64,000 nucleotides of DNA, taken from Perna viridis (lineage: Eukaryota). This document shows, piece after piece, positions 40,401 to 51,600 of the stretch; position 1 is the first letter of the stretch, and each line of letters opens with the position of its first letter. The stretch spans positions 46,422,577-46,486,576 of the forward strand of contig CM074517.1 in NCBI GenBank assembly GCA_037379345.1, written 5' to 3'. The position numbers and the translations under genes are program-made. Below the pieces are notes generated by a model that was given only the letters and a program-made list of their open reading frames with translations, did no database searches and was not told the DNA's origin.

Positions 40401-42677
40401 CAACTATTACACTGAACATTCTTTTCTGTCATCTTGCAAAAATCATAAAGACGTATATATTTTCAATGAACTGATGATGCAGAAAATGATGTAAAAACAG
40501 CATGTTTAAGTCATTTTAAAAGAATTTTTAACATATAAATTGTATGGTAAAATTACAAACATTAATTGTATAAAGCCTATTTTAAAGGGTGATAATTGGC
40601 AGGAAAAGTAATTGAAATTTTAGTTTTTTAATATTACCAGAAAAAAAGTTTGGTGACTCCCAATTTTTGGTTTTAAATGTGAAAGGATGTCAGTTAAGTG
40701 TTCTTGCTATAAATTTAGAAGAAATTCTGTAAACCAGTTTTTTTATAATTTGCAAAATAACAAAATTTCCCACATATAAAAATTGCCTTTATTAAGGCTC
40801 AATTATCTGGAAGTCAAGTTCAGATCTTCCTGAAAAACAATGAAAACTTATCTACTAGAAATGAAAGCCAATGTAGATGCCTTGAAGGAATTGTTTCCCT
40901 TTTTGTATTAAATATGTCTTCACTGGTCAGTCTACTAACAAAAGATGTATACATGGGATATTGAATTTTGGTGATATATCTATGTACTTTTCACTTTCAT
41001 GGTCAAAGAGATCTTAATTCAGGAATAATTGTGATGTTTTTAGTTATTTGAAGAATGTTATCAGACTAGAAAACTCAATATTGCAGCATAACCATCATTG
41101 AAGCTTAAAAATTTTAATTATATTTTTGACTGAAATAATTAATCCCATTCATCACTGAGCACTTTCTTTAACATCAAAGTTCTACACAGCATGCAAATTA
41201 ATACATGTTTGTGTTTTTATAGGCTGTTGAAGAAAAGTACAAGACTGTCATTAAGATAAACCAGGGTTTGGAAGGAAACATTCTGAAGTTATACAGCCAA
41301 ATAGATGAATTAAAACAACAACGACATAGAAGAGGTTAGTATGAAGAATGTATATACTGCAAGTACAATGATTTTCTACGTGTACTCATTTTTGGTATTT
41401 TTGCGATGGTCAAATAAGTGCCAGAACTGTATTTTTTTCAAAAACAGTGAAAAATATGATTATATTCATATGAAAGAATCTACAGACAGTTCCACTGAAT
41501 TCTATTTTAATTGAGTTTGTTCATGGTGACTTCTAAACTATTTAAAAAATCCACAACAGTGTGATCTAAGCAGGATTAAAAAGTTGACAGTACTCTGTTG
41601 TAAAAAAAAAAAACAGCTATCAATAGTTACTGCATTCTTCTATTGATTTTTTTTTTATCCCATTCAACCTTGTATTTTTTTTTATCCCACTCAACCTTGT
41701 ATTTTGTTTTATCCCATTCAACCTTGTATTTTTTTTTATCCCATTCAACCTTGTATATTTTTTTTTATCCCACTCAACCTTGTATTTTTTTAATCCAATT
41801 CAACCTTGTATTTTTTTTTATCCCATTCAACCTTGTATTTTTTTGTTATCCCATTCAACCTTGTATTTTTTCCCCACTCAACCTTGTATTTTTCTATCCC
41901 ATTCAACCTTGTATTTTTTTTTATCCCATTCAACCTTGTATTTTTTTTTTTATCCCACTCAACCTTGTATTTTTTTATCCCATTCAACCTTGTATTTTTT
42001 TTTTTTATCCCATTCAACCTTGTATTTTCCTTTTTACTTAGAGAAGTGATTTTTCCATGGCTTTGTGGATTACTGCTTTTACAAGTCTTTATTTTACTAC
42101 TAAATTTTTGTTAATTCATTGTTTATTTTCCAAATTTACCTATTTCCACTTCTCTGTAGTTCATCATATCTCACCCCAGGTTTCTGAAACTGTAATAAGA
42201 ATTCTATAAATCTGTATTGTACATGTTTATTATAGCTCATTTCTTGTTTCTGAAACTGTTATTAGAATTTCATAAATCCTCAATTCTATTGTATATGTTT
42301 ATTACATCTCATCCCAGGTTTCTGAAACTGAATCCACAATTCTATTGTTTTTGTTAATTACATATATTTTAGTTCAAAAAGCAGAGTCTAGTCAATCATC
42401 ACCAATACAAGCAGTACCAATTCATTCTGATGTCAAAGGTCAAGGACCAGGTCAGATTCCAGATGGAGCCACAGGATCTATGACTTCTAATTCTGTAGAA
42501 TCAACAGGCAATCCTACATCATGTGTTTCTAATTCATTGGATTATTCCCAACAACCTTTGACCCCATCTCAAACTGATGTCAACCAGTCTGATGCTGTTA
42601 GTGAAATGTCAGAACAGACTGTAACTGACATAGATGGAAATTCAATGATGAGTCGGGAGTCTGGAATAGAAACATGA
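22296..42677 (+). CDS. TSC1: Hamartin (TSC complex subunit 1), complete, 20 coding exons, ~1178 aa
   Basis: Join 22296-22431,22879-22982,23617-23766,24348-24492,27557-27714,28606-28831,29615-29779,31053-31126,32222-32723,33244-33768,34112-34255,34680-34846,35272-35402,35793-35889,36971-37066,37730-37871,39334-39422,39804-39872,41223-41334,42373-42677 = 3537 nt, open frame ending TGA. Diagnostic hamartin motifs: [80 protein letters not shown], and a C-terminal coiled coil. Confidence 0.97.
22879..22982 (+). CDS. TSC1: TSC1 exon 2
   Basis: [34 protein letters not shown]. Confidence 0.95.
23617..23766 (+). CDS. TSC1: TSC1 exon 3
   Basis: HLIDKLSE...[22 protein letters not shown]. Confidence 0.95.
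24348..24492 (+). CDS. TSC1: TSC1 exon 4
   Basis: [23 protein letters not shown]...YKKP. Confidence 0.95.
27557..27714 (+). CDS. TSC1: TSC1 exon 5
   Basis: [35 protein letters not shown]...EELVK. Confidence 0.96.
28606..28831 (+). CDS. TSC1: TSC1 exon 6
   Basis: [44 protein letters not shown]. Confidence 0.95.
29615..29779 (+). CDS. TSC1: TSC1 exon 7 (alternative in-frame donor at 29770)
   Basis: [21 protein letters not shown]. Confidence 0.88.
31053..31126 (+). CDS. TSC1: TSC1 exon 8
   Basis: [25 protein letters not shown]; strong AG/GT, phases fit. Confidence 0.85.
32222..32723 (+). CDS. TSC1: TSC1 exon 9 (alternative in-frame acceptor at 32240)
   Basis: Long S/T/P-rich open frame ending at GTAAGT. 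Confidence 0.87.
33244..33768 (+). CDS. TSC1: TSC1 exon 10
   Basis: DDEVSEIT...VNRIRFNS...RSRSCP...GKDD; donor GTGAGT. Confidence 0.9.
34112..34255 (+). CDS. TSC1: TSC1 exon 11
   Basis: [38 protein letters not shown]. Confidence 0.95.
34680..34846 (+). CDS. TSC1: TSC1 exon 12
   Basis: [43 protein letters not shown]. Confidence 0.96.
35272..35402 (+). CDS. TSC1: TSC1 exon 13 (coiled coil)
   Basis: [15 protein letters not shown]...QVKLR. Confidence 0.92.
35793..35889 (+). CDS. TSC1: TSC1 exon 14
   Basis: [32 protein letters not shown]. Confidence 0.9.
35942..36783. mobile_element. Tc1/mariner-like non-autonomous element
   Basis: TACCATATATACTCGCTTATAAG / GACTTTTACTCAAGTATATACAG imperfect TIRs. 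Confidence 0.55.
36971..37066 (+). CDS. TSC1: TSC1 exon 15
   Basis: [32 protein letters not shown]. Confidence 0.9.
37730..37871 (+). CDS. TSC1: TSC1 exon 16
   Basis: [19 protein letters not shown]...[15 protein letters not shown]. Confidence 0.92.
37872..39180 (+). repeat. 68-bp minisatellite made of the TSC1 exon 16 3' end plus its donor (15 near-perfect units at 37872-38890, then degenerate copies)
   Basis: Unit GTTTGTAATAAATGACAACCTGCCAG-AACATGAAATGTTGGTGGCTACACTGAAGGCTGAAATTAAAG; donor positions at 68-bp spacing (37872, 37940, 38008 ... 38891; one unit is 67 bp). Confidence 0.97.
39334..39422 (+). CDS. TSC1: TSC1 exon 17
   Basis: [30 protein letters not shown]. Confidence 0.92.
39804..39872 (+). 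CDS. TSC1: TSC1 exon 18
   Basis: [23 protein letters not shown]. Confidence 0.9.
41223..41334 (+). CDS. TSC1: TSC1 exon 19
   Basis: [37 protein letters not shown]. Confidence 0.93.
41645..42030. repeat. ~27-bp minisatellite, 14 copies, in the last TSC1 intron
   Basis: TATCCCATTCAACCTTGTA(T)n repeated. Confidence 0.95.
42160..42350. repeat. Degenerate ~65-70-bp tandem repeat (3 copies) upstream of the last TSC1 acceptor
   Basis: ctca...gtttctgaaactg...aattc...tattgt recurring. Confidence 0.6.
42373..42677 (+). CDS. TSC1: TSC1 terminal coding exon
   Basis: Phase-1 acceptor, S-rich tail ending [11 protein letters not shown]. Confidence 0.85.
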
Positions 42678-42869
42678 TTATGTCAGTCTCCTTTCAATGT
42701 GTCTATATATTGAAGATCTGTTGGGGGTAAGGCTTTGAGCATTCCTGTTGAATATTATCTTATTGAACAATATCTGCTAAGTTTGGTTATCCATGATCAG
42801 GGGCATTATACAAAAAAAAAACCAGGTTGAAATAATTGAAGTATTATCAGTTTAGAACCTTGAAAATTT

Positions 42870-44010
42870 CATACTTGTTAACCCTCCCGCATTAGGGGGG
42901 ACACTCCCACACAATGAAAAATTTAGAATCTCCCTCATTAGAATTAAAGATTTATGAGAGTTTTTTTGTTCAAGTTACTACAGTTGAACACTTGCTCAAA
43001 ATCTGATGGCCTGAACTCCAGGATTTTTGCAACACAATTCAAAGTACCAAACTTTTCTCCTTTATAAATCAATATAAATAACCTTATTTCTCGAACTTCG
43101 ATTTCTTGAACACTCACACTGACTAGTCTGCCTGTATGGTAATATCTCTAAGAGAATAACCCCTCATTAATTCAAACTCGTCAGCAATTTTGTCAGCTTG
43201 GGTAATAAAAGTTTTCAAAAAACTGAAACCCTTGGCCAAAAAAGAAATCTCTGTTTACGGTCACCCGACCAACCCTCATTTTATCGCGTGACCCTAACTT
43301 TTTTATCAGCAATTTTCTAAAATTCTAGAAACTTCTGCTTTTTCTGTTGCTGATACCGGTATTTATCGTATTAAACAACAATGGTGGCCAAAAAAAAAAT
43401 CTGACCTACCAACCCTATTTTTTTTCATCATGCAACAGTAAACACACATATTTTTTTTTTGGCCCATTCAATAATGAAAGTGTCATTTTAGTTAATTACT
43501 GGTAAAATTTAAGTCATCACTTATTTGGTAGTTTTGATCTTAACTAGTACTGATTTAAGGTCAAGAATGTTACGAAGTCAGTATGATTAAAGCATCAAAG
43601 AAAATCAGATGAAAACAAATTATTGACAAGGAACAGGAACTTTGCAGGATTTTTAAAAGCAAACACAGCATTTTTAATGTCAAAAAATCAACAATTCGGA
43701 AGCATTTGAATAATATCCAAGAACTAACAAACTTCGTAGGAAGTAAGCAAAAAATCAAACTCGGACCAGAAACAAAAAACATCCAGAAATCTAAGAATTT
43801 CAATTTCTTCAATTCCTGAAAACTCGAACACATTGCAATGGTTCCTTGGAGTACGAGCTACCATCAGTAGGCTAATGAGGTTTGACAGTATTTTAATTGA
43901 GAAATCAAATTTTTACATAAAAATTTGCTTTTACGTAAAAATCGCCCATATGAAACAGTGTCAGTGAGTAAAATTTCTCACATGAACTGTCCCAAAGGTT
44001 TACAGGTAAG
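42870..44010. mobile_element. Three nested MITEs downstream of the TSC1 stop codon
   Basis: Outer element homologous to 14271-14516, split at a TA by 42981-43888 (CAGTTGAAC...GTTTGACAG, TA TSD), which itself contains 43234-43464 (GGCCAAAAAA...TTTTTTGGCC). Confidence 0.75.
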
Positions 44011-44954
44011 AAACATGAACCTTTATATGTTCGCAATTATTTTTATGGTGGACAATGAAAAGATGGTAAATGTAACAGTGTATCCTTGTAACACTTAATT
44101 CCTAACATAATTTATTTTAAGAATGGAAAAAAATGGGAAGGGGGTGGTATTGTGTGCTTTAGTGCAACTATCTATCCAATACATGATCCAGTTTTACCAC
44201 CAATTGTATTTAGGTAGTTGTCTTTGTAAGAATCATGCAAATTCTGTAAAATGTTATACACCTTAAAAAAGCTTACATATTTTTATTTTTTGTTATTAAG
44301 CTGTTTTATAGGTCTGTTTGGTGAAATATATAATTATTTATTCCAATCTGTCTGCTGTTAGGAGATAATTCACACTGAAAATCCAACAGTTTCTATTGTA
44401 TTTTAGTGTCATTTACAGAGTTATCTCCCTTGATTTTGAATTCTACAGTGCGTTCTATATAATTTTTATCTCCTATGGACAAGGCTGATATGAAATGCCA
44501 CATGCTAATTTCTGTTTACTACGATGTTTGAAACAAATATCAAAAATAAAAATATTTAAGCTTTCCAACCATGGATCACATTTTGCATGATTCTTATCTG
44601 GAGTACTACTTAAATACAAAATGTACAAAATTCATTTGAAAATGGTTTCAACAGAATAAAATCCTTCAATTTCATTGATCTGACAGTTGGATGTTTTCCA
44701 AAGTGTATTTTCAACTTCTTTCAAAAAGTGTATTATTATCCTTACATATAGAATAAGTCAAAATGTTCAGATTTATATTATTATTTCCAAGCTAATGGTG
44801 CTCATCTTCAAATATTTTATCTATATAAAAATGGTGTCACTTAAAAATTTGTCCTTGTGTGTCTTTTAATGTATGGATATCTTTATTAAGAATGTGATAT
44901 TTGATATTTTGGTTAGTGCCATGCAAGTTCATGGAATAATCATGTATTTATAGA

Positions 44955-44960
44955 AATAAA
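44955..44960 (+). terminator. Candidate TSC1 polyadenylation signal
   Basis: AATAAA followed by a T-rich downstream tract, ~2.3 kb after the stop codon; other AATAAA sites exist upstream. Confidence 0.4.
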
Positions 44961-45811
44961 TTCATATTATCATATTAATTTTTTGTATTACTCTATTTAT
45001 TTGTCCTTCATTGAGGTTTCAAGTCACACAGGTAGCTATATCTACCTACAAATTGTTAATGCTTAATTTTTAACTAACCTGTAATTCTAGGATGCTTACC
45101 CTACCATTACATCTGATCAATGCACCCAGTTTTTAGTGGAGTCTGGGTTGCTCCAATACTTTTGTAACTTTCATGTAGGTTTGAGTTTGCTTATTTCTAG
45201 GTGTTATAAATGTACAATGTTGTGAAAATTTGTCTTCTGATATTTTTGTAAAAGCTGCAGCTTTGTTGAAATTGTTGAAAAGTAAAATTGTTCTTCACAA
45301 TCCTTAACATCTTTCTTCACTTTCAAACTGCAATGCTTGACATTCGTTATCTATCTGTTTACAACCAGTAAGACAGGATGATTTAGAGCAACAAGACAAT
45401 AAATTTTTTTTTTATAAGAATGATAATGAAAATAAAACAAAATTAATTAAATAATTCAAAATTGAAAATTGGGAAAATCTTCATTTTCACAAAATGTGAT
45501 CAAATGGGTTCTTTTTTTTTCATTACATATCAGATATTTTCTGGATGCATATGCATCTGAATTAGGAAAGGAAAGTGGTGCATTTCTTTTATTGTTGAGT
45601 ATAGAATAAGGAAGTGGAAATGGGGCAATGTATCAGAATAACAAAATATTTACAAAACAGAGTAAAACAGCCTAAAAAGTCTACAGAGATAAAATAAAAT
45701 TAGCACCCAAACAAATCATGCTTTATCTGTTTTAAAGTTTTAAGATTTATTTTGCAAACTAAATTTACCCATCAGCATTGTTTGCTTACAAGGTATAAAG
45801 GAAAATCAATG

Positions 45812-47230
45812 TAACTGGAGGCACTAAAGAGCCTGTTCTGCTTACCTGGCTTGTTAAGCTACCTAATTTTTTATAAAAGGGGCCATGTTTTTTCATGGAT
45901 AAAAAATCACCTTGATCATGCATAAAGGAACAATCATATCAACTTCTATTAAATTCTGTCTTGTTTCGACAGTAATAAAACAAAAAATAACCACAAAGAA
46001 GAGTAAAAAAAGGCATTAACTCCAACAAGGCATAACAGATTTTCACGAAATTTTGACCACAGATAGATCTCCTCATGCTGAACATTTTTACCTTCACATC
46101 AAAATTTGGCTTAACCTAACGGTTTTGGAGATATATACGAAAAAACTGCCATATGACCCATATTATCTATTTTTGGTAACAGTGGCCATGCTTTCAACAT
46201 GTCAAAAATCACCACATCATTTCAAGGCAGAATATATACCAAGTTTGGTTCTAATTGGTCCAGCAGTATCAGAAGAGAAGAATTTTGAAAGTAATAACAT
46301 TAAAAATAGTAAAAAATGTGAAAAAGGGCAGTACCTCCAACATGGCTTAACAAATTTTCACGAAGGTTAGTCTACCGATAAATTTATTCATGCTGAACAC
46401 TTTTACACGTGTCAGAATTGACTTTTTTTTGTCGATATATGCGAAAAACTGTTGTCTGACCTCTATGTTCTATAATAATGGTGGCCATGTTCGTCGACGG
46501 AACACAAATCCCAACATCAGTTCTATGCAGTATACCTTAAGGAATATTTATACCAAGCTTGGTTTTAATTGGTCCAGTAGTGGCAGAGGAGATGTTTTCG
46601 AAAGTAATAACGATAAAAATGGCCAAAATTGTCCATAAAGGGCGATAACTCCTACATGGCTTTACAGATTTTCAAGAACATTTGATCGCATAAATCTAAT
46701 CATGCTGAACACGTTTATCCCGTCATAAATTGGCCAAACCTCGCTGTTCTGCGGATATACGGGATAAAAAATCTCTATACTAGTTCTATGCAGAATAGGG
46801 TTTGAAAGTCTTGTTCTAGTTTTATTTCCGATGTAGAACATACTGAAGACCGAAGATCGATCTGTATTTTATTGTTTACGTCCGGGATCTCGAAAAGCTG
46901 CATTACGATGCAAAATCTTAAATTTCATGCTTTTCTAAACATTTTTATCATGTAGATCTAGATATTTGTCATTTTTACACTAAAAGATATAGCTTGACGA
47001 ATCTCATGCATTTGAATGATAGACGAGGATCAATTTTCACCACCTCACGGAGTCACATGACGAGACTTACCCTCATACTAAGTATACCTTAGGGAACATT
47101 CATACCAAGTTTGTTTTTTATGGGTCTAGTAGTATCAGAGGCAAAGAGTTTTGAAATATTGTTAACAACGAAGACGATGCCAATTGATGGCAATAGCTCA
47201 GATGGTCCTTTGGTCCAGGTGAGCTAAAAA
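45812..47230 (+). mobile_element. Helentron/HINE-like non-autonomous element with internal subrepeats and a nested MITE (~46798-47075)
   Basis: 5' GAGGCACTAAAGAGCCTG..GCTTACCTGG and inverted CCAGGTGAGC within the 3' hairpin AGCTCAGATGGTCC-TTT-GGTCCAGGTGAGCT; internal AAGGGC(A/G)ATAACTC subrepeats shared with 1330-2690. Confidence 0.7.
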
Positions 47231-47529
47231 TGGATCTACAATATAGCGAAAAATTCCTATTGTCTCCATTGTAAATACCAATCTCAACTTCTCAAATTAT
47301 GTATAAATTCTTAAAGTCAATCCAGTATTTATTCATATGCAAATAAGTCTTCTTTAAATTCTGAAAAAAAATCCTCCCAGAAGCAAGACAATAATCGATT
47401 ACACTGAATACTTCTTTCTCAGATACGTTTTGTAAGACATGTTTTAAAAAAAGGGTTGCACAATGGGAAATCCTTTTCAATTAAGAATGAACAAAGTATA
47501 CATCACAAAATATAAGTTGTGTTTGGTAT

Positions 47530-48290
47530 GAATACAATACAATAGGTCGACGTGCTGCACAATAATAAACCGAGTACTTTAACCTTGCACAATCCATAAT
47601 CAGTCTCGCCTTGTTTTGTTAGCTCGTCATAATAGTATCCTGTTATTTGGGTATATCTTGTGTACCTGGTCATCAGTACAAAATCGTGTTTGAGTACATA
47701 ATGTCAACTGTATAAGACGCGTTTGAGCGTTTATTATTATTATGAAACCAGGTCAACCGTAAAAAAAGCCTTTTTGGGTGAGTGTATATTACATTGTTTT
47801 ATCAAGTTTACATGATCAACAGTGAAAAATGCATATATAATCATCAGTTGTACCAGATCAACAGTTAAACGCGCGTTTGAGTGTACATAATAATCAATTG
47901 AATTAGGTCAGATAACAAGTACTAACAAGTACTATCTTTACAAAAAGATAACCGACACGGTAAAATTTTGTTCGTTCTACTTTTTCTTTCGAACGCCACT
48001 TAGTTATCAGTATTTGGCCAACGGGAAACAAAATTGCGATTTGGTGACTTGCGTTTCTATGGAAGAGCGTCTTTAGGGTAAAACGCGAAAATATACCAAC
48101 TGTTTCGGAAAAAAACGAGTTTGAGTGAACTTGGATATCAGGTTTTCCAATACAAAAGCGTACTTGAGGGTACATTATTTTCAAATTTACCTGGTCATCA
48201 CTTAAAATATGTTTGAATGTACTTTAATATCAACTGTGCCTAGTAAACGGTACAAAAGCTTGGTTTAGTGTACATACTTATCAAGCGAAT
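47530..48290. repeat. Highly degenerate ~50-bp tandem repeat
   Basis: Recurring gtacc(t/a)ggtca(t/a)cagt..aaa.gcg.gtttgag.gtacat. Confidence 0.6.
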
Positions 48291-48642
48291 CTATTGAATG
48301 ATCCTAGATTTCGATTTATTTTTTTGTTTTTAGTTGAGTTTGGGATGTTTTGTTTTGTTTCTATGATGCCTGTATGTTACTAGTTGTTTTTGAATATTTT
48401 TTCTTTACAAAATTCTCATAATTAAGATTCAAAGAATCCGTAATATACAAAGTAAATCAGAACCATGTATATCAGAACGAAGTGCTGCAATAATGATATG
48501 TTTTAACCTTTGCTAGGAAGCTGCGTTTTACCCAAAAGGGGATATGTTAACAAAGTAACAGAGGACTGATGAATGTTACAACGCAAATAGGCTTCTGTAG
48601 TAGAAAAAGCATGCACTTCACCTCCCCATCTACCCGTGGCTA

Positions 48643-48750
48643 AGAGTAATCAAGGGAACCAAGGTTATAGCGTTAATCAAAAGAATGTAATCCAGGGACA
48701 AAGACCAGACATGGAAAACAGACATACACAACAACGAACATAAGTTAGTA
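48643..48750 (-). mobile_element. Short Penelope-like tail copy (also at 4668-4782 and 6626-6755, partial at 45090-45160)
   Basis: GAGTAATCAAGGGAACCAAG...AATCCAGGGACAAAGACCAGACATGGAAAACAGAC shared by these copies. Confidence 0.8.
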
Positions 48751-48754
48751 ACAA

Positions 48755-51600
48755 ATTTGAGACGAACCTCAGATGCAGATTCAAAAGGCGAAAGTTTTAG
48801 GATAGACTGAACCAAACCAGATTCCACTGAGGAATAACTTTTTTTTATGTCTTGGTCTTTCAAGGTCAAAATTTATAAACAAATAATTTATATGATCATT
48901 GTGAGAGAAATCAGATGGTCCACCAGATATAATGAGAGTGAGAGTTCTACATATAGAAAATTTGTAACCCTTAATGGTGGACGGGACTTTTGTCCGAAAA
49001 GAGAAACAAGAAAATCAACAAACTGATGTACAGAGACATTGATTGTATCTATTTTTGATCACCAATCACTAAAGATTGACCACTTAGTATCATAGACGGT
49101 CTTTGTAGACTGTCTTCGTTAGAGCCTAAGAGATGCGTATTGAAGTTCCTTCAGAAAGCCTTTCAGACGGAGGCCTTCCAGCAGAGTAACCATGCGTGAA
49201 GATGGTTTTCAGGATGAGGGTGCATAGTTCTTCCTTTGAACCAAGACAACAGATTTGGTTGCAGAGGTGAGAGGGGCGGATTTGCGCAAGACAGTAGCAG
49301 ACGATATGTGAACCTTTACCGGCCTTGGCCAAGCTGGAGCAATAAGAATGATCCATCAAGACTTTCGACTGATCTTTTGAAGAAACAAGGAAAGAAATCT
49401 GACTGGGAAATGTGTAGGCAAACAGTCTTTTCCAAGAGAGATATATCTGCAAAAAATGTGAATCCACAAAAGTCTGTTATTCAAAGAAGTCGCAAATAGG
49501 CCCACACGAGGACGACCCCGCTGTAGACAAAGATAATTAAGAGTTCCCACTCGGAGGAACTAACAGGAGCTAATGACCTTGATACATGTAGGCTCTCTGC
49601 AAAATACATTGTGATGACCTGAGAATGCATTAAATGACAAGGCGAATCTGAAACTGAGCACGAAGTACAAGAAATTTTTGCATAGAGAAAATAGGTTGTA
49701 ACTGTGAGTGCCTCCCTGATTCTGGAGATATGAAGATAAGCTACAAATGTTGATTTGTATGAAGCCAGATTCACAAATTTGTGAGCAAGGTCCTCCTTGA
49801 AGTGAAATAATGCAAGAAGTATTGCTCTCATCTCTGACAGGTTGATGTGCTCCTTCATTTGATAGGGGTTACAGACAGAGGCGGAGGAGGTTGAAACTGT
49901 AGGAGCAACACCCCCCCCCACCCCCGAATTATTGAAAACACTCAAGAATCTTGAATGATTTTTCCCGATTGAGTCTTCCCCCCATTGAAATTGAGGAAGC
50001 AGAGGACTTATCACTGGTAGGAGCTGTCTTTTCTATGGAAGAACCGTCAACCTCATAATCTTTATTACTGGATAAACTAGAAAAAATGCGTCACAAAAAC
50101 CAGGAAAATTTAAGTTATTAGAAATAGGAACGTCAACCAATGATTCATTCAGCTTGTCCTTCACTGTCTGAAATGCTGATAGAACATGCTTAGACTCGAG
50201 AAAGCACTAATTAAAAGTTGTGGATTCCTTAGAAAGACCACGAGAAGCATCAAAAGAAAAAGCATTCTTCTTACCTCTAGGTGGAAAAGGTTAATTCATC
50301 GGCGTCTTTTCTCTCAAAAAGAAAATAGCACTGTACTTTAAACTATCCTAAGTTTTCATTCCATCGTTTGTCTACCCCGAACTTGACTTTTTTTTAGCAA
50401 CTCGGCGGGTGTTTCTAGAAAAGCAGAGGACGCTTACCCTATCGGTGCACGTGGTCCATGCTCCCAGTTTTAGTGGAGTCCGAGTTGCTCATTTACTTTT
50501 GTTACTTTGTATGTATGATTTTAGTTACTTTATGTTCTTTGTTGTATATGTCTGTTTTCCATGTCTGGTCTTTGTCCCTGGATTATATTCTTTTGATTAC
50601 CGCTATAACCTTGGTTCCCTTGATTACTCTTAAACTAAGCTGTTCTTCAGACACAAGAGGAGTATGACTCCTCTAAGAAGTAGAAGTAAGAGGAGGCAAT
50701 TTGTTTATCTTGAGAAAGAGCCTGAAGCAATCGAAAGAGTATCATCCTCCTGGATCTTCATAAGATTCAGAAAAAAGGAGGAACTTAAATCTGTCCTAGA
50801 AGATTCAAGCCAAGAAGAAAACTCTAAAATTGAGAAGAAAAAGGCTTCTTAAAATCATTCAGAAACATTTGTAACTGCCACACTGCACCTGGGGATACTA
50901 CTAGGAACACTGGCAGGTGGTTTTGCACGGGTAGGTTTCATAAAAGGGTCACCTCAATATCCATAAAGAGGATAAAGCATATACCAAGACGTTTTGGCCA
51001 CCTAGCGAAATCTGAACTGGGAGGAGTACAAACTCGACGTTTACTTTGCGAAGTATTCACCTGTTCAGCGTTCAGCCCAGTTAAATAATTTGGAGTCGTA
51101 ATTGTAGATATCATAGTGTCTATAGGGCGTGTAATTGTATGAGTAACACTAACAGAGAATGGAACAGGCATATTAGGAACTAAGATCGCGTTTAGGTTAT
51201 TGCTCTAGCATGGTATCGAAGTTACAGGCATTATTTGAGTGTTAATCTCTAATCCACCAGCGTCGTCTCCAGTAATTGGATTCATATGTTCATCCAAATC
51301 CATGTTACAAGTCTTAATGTACAAAGAAAAGACTCTAAAGTAATATAAACTATAAAAGTACAGCGTACTAATAGATGTACAAAACAATAAATACACAAAC
51401 AAATTATACAAACTAAATAACGTTATCTAAGCTTGGGCTTCTAAGTCTGCAAAAGCATGCAGTCAGCTATGCGACAGAAAATAAAATGGGAGTTAATGGC
51501 ATTTCCCGTCAAGGATGACTGACCATGTAGGGCTGTCTCAAAGTTTTTTTTTATCTTGTCTTTCTGTCGTTTAGCTGCGCAGATGGACCATCTCAGAATT
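48755..51600 (-). mobile_element. Degenerate DIRS-type tyrosine-recombinase retrotransposon (gag-region remnant, RNase H, MT-like domain, YR N-terminus; RT missing)
   Basis: Minus-strand fragments: HINLSEMRAILLALFHF...STFVAYL (DIRS RNase H), SEWEL, RPRVGLFATSLNNRL, AYTFP, ILIAPAWPR, HPHPENHLHAWLL, and RQSTKTVYDTKWSIFSDW...FVDFLVSLF, PQWNL...LSPFE (YR N-terminus); many frameshifts. Confidence 0.85.
50346..50629 (+). mobile_element. Short Penelope-like 3' tail copy with 8-bp TSD, inserted in the DIRS element
   Basis: Homologous to 17600-17797; flanked by TTAAACTA at 50338-50345 and 50630-50637. Confidence 0.8.

Noticed and set aside
41643-42114. Overlapping ORFs of 75-132 aa with repeated [15 protein letters not shown]
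   Set aside because: Translations of the 27-bp minisatellite, not genes
47660-47730. Hammerhead ribozyme core (CTGATGA on the minus strand)
   Set aside because: No properly spaced GAAA or closing stems; part of a degenerate tandem repeat
50409-50667. Hydrophobic ORFs resembling membrane peptides (also 17444-17942, 48630-48869 and 4637-4891)
   Set aside because: Translations of the T-rich Penelope-like tail repeat
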